Assembly (NCBI GenBank): GCA_033344915.1
Contig: JAWPML010000001.1
Span: forward strand, 3,032,369-3,096,368
Direction: 5' to 3'
DNA length: 64,000 bases
Source: Acidimicrobiales bacterium
Lineage (GTDB): Bacteria; Actinomycetota; Acidimicrobiia; Acidimicrobiales; Aldehydirespiratoraceae
Made by a program: the position numbers and the translations under genes. The notes beneath the pieces are model-generated. The model searched no databases. It saw only the letters and a list, made by a program, of their open reading frames with translations, and was not told where the DNA came from. Shown piece by piece: positions 35,872-43,631 of this stretch; the stretch's first letter is position 1, and the number at the start of each line of letters is the position of its first letter.

Positions 35872-36981
35872 GTGAGGTCGCTTTGGACGGAGGGAGACCG
35901 CGTGGACCGCCCATGTGTGATGTTGTGCACGGCGAATGGCGTCGGCCTCGGTCACCTGTCGCGCATGATGGCGATCGCGCGCGAACTGGAATCGCGCGCC
36001 GACGTCATCATCTTCACGCTCTCTCAAGCGGTTGCGATCCCGGTCGAACACGGGTTCCACACCGAGTTCGTCCGTTCGCCGGAGTACGGCCACGTGAGTG
36101 GCAGCGAGTGGAATGCCTTCTACGCGCGACGGCTCGCGGGAATGATCGAGCTCTACCAACCGTCGGTGATCGTCTTCGACGGGTCCCACCCCTACAGCGG
36201 TCTGTGCAAGGCCGCCCGGGACCATCCCGACCGGCACTGGGTGTGGTGCCGGCGCGGCATGTGGCGCGACGGCGCGGGCCACGCGGCGATCGACCGCACC
36301 GACAGCTTCTCGCTGATCCTCGAGCCCGGCGAGTACGCCCGCGACTACGACATCGGCCTCACGGCCCGTCGCCGCGACGAGTCGCTCGAGGTCGGCCCGA
36401 TCACGTTCGGCACCCCGGACGCGGTCATCCCCCGTACCGCGGCCCGCGCCGAACTCGGACTGGACCCGGACCGCCCCGCCGCCCTCCTCCAACTCGGCGC
36501 CGGCCAGATCAACGACGTCGCGTCGCTGAGCGGGAAGGTCATGTCGGCGCTGCGCCGGCGCGACGACATCCAGATCGCCGTCGCCGAGAGCATTCTCGTG
36601 CGCGACCCGGTCGAACTGCCGCCCGACGTCGTGCGGGTCCAGCGCTACCCGCTGGCCTGGTACGTCGATGCGTTCGACCTCTCCTTCATGGCCTCGGGCT
36701 ACAACTCCTTCCACGAGGCGCTGTCGCTGCGCCTGCCGACGCTGTTCATCCCGAACCTCAACACGAAGATGGACGACCAGGGCGCGCGGGCCCGCTTCGC
36801 CCACGACGCCGGCGTCGGACTGCGGTGGAGCGAGACGGAGGAGGTCGCGATCGAAGGGGTGGTCGAGCAGCTGGCCGACCCGGCCGAACAGGCCCGGATG
36901 CGCGACACGATGGCTGCGCTCCCGCCGGCGGACGGCGGGTCCGGCGCCGCCGACGCGATCATGATGTGGGCCGGTCTGTGA
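35872..36981 (+). CDS. MurG-like glycosyltransferase (GT28/GT1 fold)
   Basis: N-terminal ANGVGLGHLSRMMAIAREL (G-x-G-H loop). C-terminal SGYNSFHEALSLRLPTLFIPN resembles the Glyco_tran_28_C region. The start is uncertain (35872, or a downstream GTG). Confidence 0.6.
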   Translation: MRSLWTEGDRVDRPCVMLCTANGVGLGHLSRMMAIARELESRADVIIFTLSQAVAIPVEHGFHTEFVRSPEYGHVSGSEWNAFYARRLAGMIELYQPSVIVFDGSHPYSGLCKAARDHPDRHWVWCRRGMWRDGAGHAAIDRTDSFSLILEPGEYARDYDIGLTARRRDESLEVGPITFGTPDAVIPRTAARAELGLDPDRPAALLQLGAGQINDVASLSGKVMSALRRRDDIQIAVAESILVRDPVELPPDVVRVQRYPLAWYVDAFDLSFMASGYNSFHEALSLRLPTLFIPNLNTKMDDQGARARFAHDAGVGLRWSETEEVAIEGVVEQLADPAEQARMRDTMAALPPADGGSGAADAIMMWAGL

Positions 36982-37472
36982 CCGTCCGCCGCACCGCCAT
37001 CGGATGGGCCCGCCGCGTCTACCGCCGCGGGCTGAAGCTGCTCCCGAAGCGCGCGTCGACCGCCATCGCCACGGTCGTGTCGAGGGTGCGGCTGCAACAG
37101 GACCTGCGGCGCCCGCCGGATCCGCTGATCCTGCCCGGGACGGGACCGGTCACGCTGGTCGATGCCCGGGGCGTGGATCTCGAGACGCTCGATCGGATGG
37201 CGGAGCGGATCGCGGCCGGCCCCGATCCGGCGCGACGCATCCTGTTGATCGACCGACCCGACTTCCTCGGGCTGCGGTCGCTGGGTATCTCGTTCGAGTA
37301 CGTGCCCCCGCCGACCGCTGTCACGCCGTGGTACGCCGGCGACGAACGCTACGAGGCGTTCATCGACCGTCGCCTCGCCGAGATCCGCGCGGCCTACGGG
37401 ATCGAGGGCCCGCTCGACCGATCATTGCGCGACCAGTCATTGCGCGACCAGTCATTGCGCAACGACGTCTGA
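36978..37472 (+). CDS. Hypothetical protein (164 aa) ending in an (SLRDQ)n repeat
   Basis: The GTG at 36978 overlaps the glycosyltransferase stop as GTGA. I recognise no family. The coding call rests on this coupling and on a plausible composition. Confidence 0.45.
   Translation: MTVRRTAIGWARRVYRRGLKLLPKRASTAIATVVSRVRLQQDLRRPPDPLILPGTGPVTLVDARGVDLETLDRMAERIAAGPDPARRILLIDRPDFLGLRSLGISFEYVPPPTAVTPWYAGDERYEAFIDRRLAEIRAAYGIEGPLDRSLRDQSLRDQSLRNDV
37422..37463. repeat. 15-bp tandem repeat x2.8 (TCATTGCGCGACCAG)
   Basis: Read directly. It encodes SLRDQSLRDQSLR at the C-terminus of the plus-strand gene. The third unit supplies the stop (tca at 37452-37454) of the convergent minus-strand gene. Confidence 0.85.
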
Positions 37473-38099
37473 CTCCCCGAACAGCCGGGCCAACGCCCGC
37501 ACCAGGCGAGTCGGTCGCCGCCGCGGCGGCGGTCCCGCCGTGACGATCGGCAACCACGCCGGATGCTCCGGTGGTGCCGGCCCGGCGACCGCGGTGACGG
37601 CGGCATGCAGTCGGTCCACAGCCGCGAGGTCGACCGGTTCGTCACGGCGCCGCCGACGGACCCGCTCGAGATCCTGCACCATCGGCGCCCGGGCGGCGTC
37701 GACGGTCACGTCGCCGCCGGTCGAGCGCAGGGTCAGCGCCTCGGCATCGGCCCGCACCGCGTCCGTGCGCCGCCGAACGAGGGCCTGCAGGGCCTCCCAG
37801 ACCCGTTCGCGGCGCACCGAGAGCGTTTCGCCACCGGGGCCGACCAGCGCGACGATCCACACATCCGTGCCGTGGTCGTCGGGCAGGATCTCGGTGTGGG
37901 CCACACCGGCATCGACCGACGCCGGGCTGACGAGCCAGGCCACCAGCTCGGGCTGATCCGTGATCGACATCGCGAGGGCGGTCGGCCCCGCCGGGTCGGC
38001 GACCGCGGCGGGTTCGGTGAGCACCGGGGCGGCGTCCACCGGCACGTCCATCAGGCGGGCGGCCACCAGTCGGACCTCGGACGGGACGGCGAGCGTCAC
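37452..38099 (-). CDS. Hypothetical protein (215 aa)
   Basis: The GTG at 38099 overlaps the upstream stop as GTGA. I recognise no family. It overlaps the convergent gene by 21 nt at its 3' end. Confidence 0.45.
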   Translation of the reverse strand: MTLAVPSEVRLVAARLMDVPVDAAPVLTEPAAVADPAGPTALAMSITDQPELVAWLVSPASVDAGVAHTEILPDDHGTDVWIVALVGPGGETLSVRRERVWEALQALVRRRTDAVRADAEALTLRSTGGDVTVDAARAPMVQDLERVRRRRRDEPVDLAAVDRLHAAVTAVAGPAPPEHPAWLPIVTAGPPPRRRPTRLVRALARLFGESDVVAQ

Positions 38100-40189
38100 G
38101 ACTCCACGATCCGATCCAGGTTCTCGAAGGCTTCGGCGTACGCCCGCTCGTTCGTGTCGTCGATGGGCCCCAGCTCGGTGGCGATCTCGGGCAGGACCGT
38201 CGAGTACACGACGAGCCCGGCCCGAACAGAGGCGGCGAAGGCACGGGCGATCACGTCGGGCCCGGGCCGCAGTCGCAGCCGGCGGGCGACGTCGGTCGGC
38301 AACAGCAGCGTGGTCGGGCCCGATCGCTGGAGGAACGCGTCATCGGCCCGCCCGTCCAGCTCGAGATCGACGCCGAGTTCGGTGACGTGCACGAGGGCGG
38401 GACCGGCCGCGACCACATCGGCACCGACCCGGACCCGCACGGCTTCGATCGCGTCGGCGGCCCCGTCGGCGCAGTAGAGCTCGGCGGGCCGCAGCAGCAC
38501 CCAGCCGGCCGACGCGGTGGTCATCGCGTCGGCGAACCGTTCGGCGTCGTCGGGGAGACCCCCGTCGCCGATCGCGATCACCGCCGTCGTCGCCGTTGCG
38601 GCACCGACGACCTCGGCCACCGCCGCGGTCCGCGCCGGGCCGGCTGCCGCGAACTCGTCGACGGCGTCGATCGAGGAGCCCAGGGCACGGGGCGTCGTCC
38701 CCATCGCGGCGGCCACCGCATGGATCCGGGCCCGGTTGACGCTGCCGCCGCACAGCGAGCTGGAGAGCACCGGTGTCGAGCCGTCGAAGACGGAGGTGAG
38801 CGGTTCCGCGATGACACCGAGCGCGGCGGCGACCTCCGGCCGCGCCGCGATCACGGCACCGGACTCGACCGCCTCGGTGAAGTCGGCCCACCAGGCGTCG
38901 TCGGTGTCCACGGCGACGATCGGCACGACGAGTCGATCGACCGCCGGCGGCTGCCAGAACGCGTAGGCGTCGTCCGGTGTGATCGTCGGCGTGTGGCGCA
39001 CGGCCACCCCGGCATGCGCCCAGCGATCGGCGGCGACCGGGTCGTCGGTCACCGCGAGGTCCACGAGATCCGCGGCGAGGTCCGTCGCCTCCGGCGCCGC
39101 GACGACCCGCGTCCCGGCCGCCCGCAGCGAACGCAGCACCCGAACGACGGCGGGCGCGTCGTCGGCCCGGGTGGCACCGACCACCACGACGACGGGGGCC
39201 ACCGCCGGATCCTCGTGCGGCGTGAGCCGGCCGACGTCGGGCCCGGATGCGAGGGCGGTGGCGCCGATGACGGCGAGCGGCACCGAGGGGACCGCCGGCG
39301 GGGCGAGATGGTCGCGGCGGCGCCGGAGCAGACCGCCGACGAACGGACGGACGGCGCCGATGATCGCCAACGGCCGGCGACGGGTCGCATACAACGCGCG
39401 GGCGACACGCACGGCGTGCGACGGGTACCGCTTGCGCATCGCGTCCTGCGGCACCGCGAGGCGTGCGTCGCGGGCGGCGGTCGACACGCCGGCGGCCGCG
39501 AACGCCGCCTCCCAGAGGTCAACGAGATCCGCGGCCTCGCGGGGACCCGAGTCGTCCGCCCGCCGCGCCTCGACCGCGGCGAGGCGCTCACCGAGTTGGT
39601 AGGGCCGGCGGGCGACGCGCGCCGGCGGCTCGCCGGCGGGCAAGGCCGCCTCCACGACGGCGAGTCGGGCCTCGATCTCGTCCAGTTCCGTCGCCTCGTC
39701 GGCGCGGGTCCGGTCCACCGCGCGGCGATGGGCCGTGATCTCGGCGTCCGCGGCGGCCAACTCGTGCAGGCGGGTCGCCGCCGCGGCGACGAGCCGATCC
39801 CAGCGACGGTCGATCTCGTCGGCGGACGGCGACGGACCGTCGAGTCGAGCGACGAGCGCGGGGAGCGCGTCGGCGACCGGGACGAACACGACCTGCGAGG
39901 CCCGCCCGAGCACCGCCGCGATCTCGGCCCCCTCCGCCGCCGGATGGCCGAGCGAGATGTCCGCATCGTTCCCCGGGGTGCTGCGCAACCGGACGAAGCC
40001 GGGACCGGGCCCGAGGGTCAGGGCGACGACCTCCGGCTCGCTCCCGCCGTCGTCGACCTGAGCGAGGCGGTCGATCTCCCGATCGATGGCGGTGTTCACC
40101 CGATCGCGCACCGGGCCGGACACCCGTCGGGCGTACGCGGCGTGGAGCTCCGCGTCCCACCGCAGGGCACCGTCGGTCGACGGGGTCAC
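38096..40189 (-). CDS. Large hypothetical protein (about 697 aa) with a central coiled-coil-like region
   Basis: Trimmed to the GTG at 40189, which overlaps the upstream stop as GTGA. Helical stretch: IDRRWDRLVAAAATRLHELAAADAEITAHRRAVDRTRADEATELDEIEARLAVVEAAL. One predicted internal hydrophobic segment (LAIIGAVRPFVGGLL). No family recognised. Confidence 0.5.
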   Translation of the reverse strand: MTPSTDGALRWDAELHAAYARRVSGPVRDRVNTAIDREIDRLAQVDDGGSEPEVVALTLGPGPGFVRLRSTPGNDADISLGHPAAEGAEIAAVLGRASQVVFVPVADALPALVARLDGPSPSADEIDRRWDRLVAAAATRLHELAAADAEITAHRRAVDRTRADEATELDEIEARLAVVEAALPAGEPPARVARRPYQLGERLAAVEARRADDSGPREAADLVDLWEAAFAAAGVSTAARDARLAVPQDAMRKRYPSHAVRVARALYATRRRPLAIIGAVRPFVGGLLRRRRDHLAPPAVPSVPLAVIGATALASGPDVGRLTPHEDPAVAPVVVVVGATRADDAPAVVRVLRSLRAAGTRVVAAPEATDLAADLVDLAVTDDPVAADRWAHAGVAVRHTPTITPDDAYAFWQPPAVDRLVVPIVAVDTDDAWWADFTEAVESGAVIAARPEVAAALGVIAEPLTSVFDGSTPVLSSSLCGGSVNRARIHAVAAAMGTTPRALGSSIDAVDEFAAAGPARTAAVAEVVGAATATTAVIAIGDGGLPDDAERFADAMTTASAGWVLLRPAELYCADGAADAIEAVRVRVGADVVAAGPALVHVTELGVDLELDGRADDAFLQRSGPTTLLLPTDVARRLRLRPGPDVIARAFAASVRAGLVVYSTVLPEIATELGPIDDTNERAYAEAFENLDRIVES

Positions 40190-41151
40190 TCGTACCCCAG
40201 ACGAGCCATCAGCTCGCCGCACACCCGCTCGAACACCTCCGTCTCGTCGTCAACCCACGGGGCGGGCGACGAGCCGGCGTTGACCCGGGCCGGCAGATCG
40301 AGATCCTCCAGGCGCAAGCAGGTGGCGGCGTGGTTCGCGATCTCCTCGTTCCAGTACCGCCAGTACCAACAGATGCGCTCGAACCGCCCCATCTCCGGCG
40401 TGTGGACGGGAAGCACCTGATTGCGATAGCCGAGATCGCCGGGCACATCGGCGTAGAGCGAGCGGGCCTGGAAGGACTTCACGACCGAGCGCCCGTCGCG
40501 CACGAGGTGGACGATCTGCGCGGCCGGATAGGCGCGGCGCAACTCGGGCAGCAGGCCCTTCCAGAAGTGGCTCGTCTCGCCGTAGAGGGCCTGGCCCGCG
40601 GCGCGACGGGCGACGTTCTCGATCGCCGGCGTCGCCCCGTCGGGTTCGTGGAGCAAGCCGTGGGCATCGGCCACGGCCTTCGATCCGGAGCGGCCGACGG
40701 ACACGTGGAACACCATGGGCGGGTGGGGGTCGGCGGGTTGGGCGACGAGCCGGTCGGCCGGAACGCGGTCCCACAGATCGAGGCGGGGCGAGCCGGCTCC
40801 GGCGGCCAGCACGAGGGCGAGGTGACGGGTCGCCCTCCGGGGGCCGACGAACACCGCGTGGTCGACGATGTCGGCGGCACCGTCCAGGAACGCGAGACGG
40901 GCGCCGAGCGTCGGCTGCTCGTCGAGATCGACGTCGATGACGACCCGCTCACCGTCGCGCAGGCTCGCCGTGATGCGCTCGGCCGCGGGGTCCGACCACG
41001 AGGTGACCTCGGGCAGGACCGCACCGAGATCGGAGATCACGAGTCCGGCGGCTCGCGCCGAGACCCAGGCGACGCGATCGCGCAAGGTGTCGACGAGGGC
41101 GCCCGACGCCAGTCGGCCGGCGTGGAGCTCGCCGAGGAGCTCGGGCGTCAC
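40186..41151 (-). CDS. Sulfotransferase-like protein with an N-terminal domain of unknown function
   Basis: The C-terminal half carries HVSVGRSGSKAV (5'-PSB-like loop) and VHLVRDGRSVVKS (3'-PB-like), parallel to the motifs in 33200..34192. The N-terminal ~135 aa are unassigned. Confidence 0.55.
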   Translation of the reverse strand: MTPELLGELHAGRLASGALVDTLRDRVAWVSARAAGLVISDLGAVLPEVTSWSDPAAERITASLRDGERVVIDVDLDEQPTLGARLAFLDGAADIVDHAVFVGPRRATRHLALVLAAGAGSPRLDLWDRVPADRLVAQPADPHPPMVFHVSVGRSGSKAVADAHGLLHEPDGATPAIENVARRAAGQALYGETSHFWKGLLPELRRAYPAAQIVHLVRDGRSVVKSFQARSLYADVPGDLGYRNQVLPVHTPEMGRFERICWYWRYWNEEIANHAATCLRLEDLDLPARVNAGSSPAPWVDDETEVFERVCGELMARLGYE

Positions 41152-41315
41152 GCGGCCCCCGGCCCGGTGGCCGGCAGCTGGGAGACGGGAGGGAGAACGC
41201 GTTCGTACATGCGGAGGGAGGGCCGGGAACGGCCACTGTACCCCTTGGCGAAGGCGCCCGAACGAGAGGGTGATGGCCTAGAGTGACCGCCCGAACCCCC
41301 ACGGAAAGCGACTCC

Positions 41316-42578
41316 ATGTCCGAATTGGATCTCGTCATCGTCGGCCTTGGCTATGTGGGCCTTCCCCTCGCCCAGGAGGCGGTCGCCTCCGGGCTCCAGG
41401 TGACCGGCTTCGACGTCTCCACCCGTGCGGTCGACGGCCTCAACAACGGCTCGTCCCACGTGGACGACCTCAGCGACGACGACATCGCCACGATGCTCGC
41501 CGGCGGCTTCTCGGCGACCACCGACCCGGCCTGCATCGCGGGCGCCGACGTGGTCGTCATCTGCGTGCCCACCCCGCTGCGCGACGACACGACGCCGGAC
41601 CTCGGCGCCGTCGAGTCATCCGCGGCGGCGATCGCCGCCAACCTCACCGCCGGCACGCTGGTGGTCCTCGAGTCGACGACCTACCCGGGCACGACCGACG
41701 ACGTGGTTCGGCCGATCCTGGAGTCCGGAAGCGGTCTGACGGCCGGCACCGACTTCGCCCTCGCCTACTCGCCCGAGCGCATCGATCCGGGCAACCCGCA
41801 GTACGGCCTGCGCAACACGCCGAAGGTCGTGGGTGGCTACACCGACGCTTGCACCGAGCGCGCCGTGGCGTTCTACGGCCAGGTCGTCGACACCGTGGTA
41901 CCGACCGTCGGCACCCGCGAGGCCGAGATGGCGAAGCTGTTGGAGAACACCTACCGCCACGTGAACATCGCCCTCGTCAACGAGATGGCGATCTTCAGCC
42001 ACGACCTCGACATCGACCTGTGGGCGGCGATCGACGCGGCCAAGACCAAGCCGTTCGGCTTCCAGGCCTTCTACCCCGGCCCGGGGGTCGGCGGTCACTG
42101 CATTCCCATCGACCCGAACTACCTCTCCTACGCCGTGCGCTCGCTCGGCTACCAGTTCCGGTTCGTCGAGCTCGCCCAGGAGGTCTCCGGCCGGATGCCC
42201 GCCTATGTCGCGGCCCGGATCCAGACGCTGCTCAACGACCACAAGAAGCCGGTGAACGGCTCCAAGGTCCTCCTCCTCGGGGTCACCTACAAGGCCGACA
42301 TCTCCGATGAGCGCGAGACCCCGGCTCGACCGCTCGTCACCCGGCTCCAGGCGATGGGCGCGGACGTGTCCTTCTTCGACCCCCACGTCGAGCGCTTCGA
42401 GGTCAACGGGCAGGAGCTGCCCCAGGCCGCTGACCTCAACGCCGCGATCGCGGATGCCGACGTCGTCGTGCTCGTCCAGACCCATTCGCAGATCCTCGAG
42501 GAGGCCGACTTCTCGGCTGCTGCGGCAGTCCTCGACACCCGCGGCGCCCTCGAGGGACCCAACATCGTCAGGCTCTGA
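41316..42578 (+). CDS. Nucleotide-sugar dehydrogenase (UDP-glucose/GDP-mannose dehydrogenase family)
   Basis: Trimmed to the ATG at 41316. Rossmann fold LVIVGLGYVGLPLA, AKLLENTYRHVNIALVNE, catalytic Cys in PGPGVGGHCIPIDP. Confidence 0.85.
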   Translation: MSELDLVIVGLGYVGLPLAQEAVASGLQVTGFDVSTRAVDGLNNGSSHVDDLSDDDIATMLAGGFSATTDPACIAGADVVVICVPTPLRDDTTPDLGAVESSAAAIAANLTAGTLVVLESTTYPGTTDDVVRPILESGSGLTAGTDFALAYSPERIDPGNPQYGLRNTPKVVGGYTDACTERAVAFYGQVVDTVVPTVGTREAEMAKLLENTYRHVNIALVNEMAIFSHDLDIDLWAAIDAAKTKPFGFQAFYPGPGVGGHCIPIDPNYLSYAVRSLGYQFRFVELAQEVSGRMPAYVAARIQTLLNDHKKPVNGSKVLLLGVTYKADISDERETPARPLVTRLQAMGADVSFFDPHVERFEVNGQELPQAADLNAAIADADVVVLVQTHSQILEEADFSAAAAVLDTRGALEGPNIVRL

Positions 42579-42583
42579 GTGCT

Positions 42584-43630
42584 GTGCGGGTGCTCGTCGC
42601 GACGATCGTGCATCGTCCCGAAGATGCCCGCATCCGCCATCGGCAGATCCCGGCGCTGCTCGAGGCCGGCATCGACGTCACGTATGTCGCGCCCGACGGC
42701 GACACCAGCCCCGGCCACGACCGGCTCGAACGCATCGTCGTGCCCGGAGCCCGCGGCCGCGATCGGCTCCGCGCCCTGCGGGCCGTCCGCCCCGTCCTCC
42801 GCGAAGCCTCGGCCCGTGCCGACTTGACGGTCCTGCACGATCCCGAGCTGCTGCTCGTCGCCGGTGCGATCACCGGGCCCGTGCTCTGGGACGTCCACGA
42901 GGACCTGGCCGCCCAGATCGGGGACAAGTCCTGGATCCCGGGACCGCTGCGGGGGATCGGCTCGATCGGGGCCCGGATGCTCGAGCGACGGGGCCGCTCG
43001 CTGCCCCGCACCATCGCCGAAGCCGGCTACCGCGACCGCCACCCCGACGCCGTGCTCGTCCCGAACTCCGTACGGGTCCCCGACGAGGTGCGCCCGCCCG
43101 GCACGACCCGGCTCGTCTACCTCGGCCGGGTGTCGAGCGGACGGGGGGCCGACGTGCTCGTGGAGGTCGCCCGGCGGATGCCCGACGATCTCGTGCTCGA
43201 CGTGATCGGCCACGCCGACCCCGGGGTCGAGCTCGATGCCCCCCGGCTGTCGAGCTGGGGGTTCGTCGCCAACGACGTCGCCCTCGACGCGGTCGAAGGC
43301 GCGCTGGCCGGCCTCTCACTCCTGCAGGACCTCCCGAACTACCGGCACTCCCTTCCCACCAAGATCCTCGAATACATGGCCCGGGGGGTGCCCGTGATCA
43401 CGACGCCCCTGCCGAGCGCGGTCGAGGTGGTCGAGACCCACGACTGCGGCATCGTCGTCGGGTTCGACGACGCCCGGGCCGTGGCCGACGCGGCCGGGCG
43501 CCTCCGCGACGACCCCGAGCTGCGGGCCCGCCTCGCCGCCAACGGCCGCGCCGCGGTGGCCGCTCACCACAACTGGGCGATCGACGGCGCCCGGATGGTC
43601 GACTACTACCGCGAGCTCGCCGGCGGGTGA
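42584..43630 (+). CDS. Glycosyltransferase, GT-B fold (GT4/family 1-like)
   Basis: C-terminal LPTKILEYMARGVPVITTPLPSAVEVVE...GIVV motif region typical of Glycos_transf_1. Confidence 0.7.
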   Translation: MRVLVATIVHRPEDARIRHRQIPALLEAGIDVTYVAPDGDTSPGHDRLERIVVPGARGRDRLRALRAVRPVLREASARADLTVLHDPELLLVAGAITGPVLWDVHEDLAAQIGDKSWIPGPLRGIGSIGARMLERRGRSLPRTIAEAGYRDRHPDAVLVPNSVRVPDEVRPPGTTRLVYLGRVSSGRGADVLVEVARRMPDDLVLDVIGHADPGVELDAPRLSSWGFVANDVALDAVEGALAGLSLLQDLPNYRHSLPTKILEYMARGVPVITTPLPSAVEVVETHDCGIVVGFDDARAVADAAGRLRDDPELRARLAANGRAAVAAHHNWAIDGARMVDYYRELAGG

Positions 43631-43631
43631 C

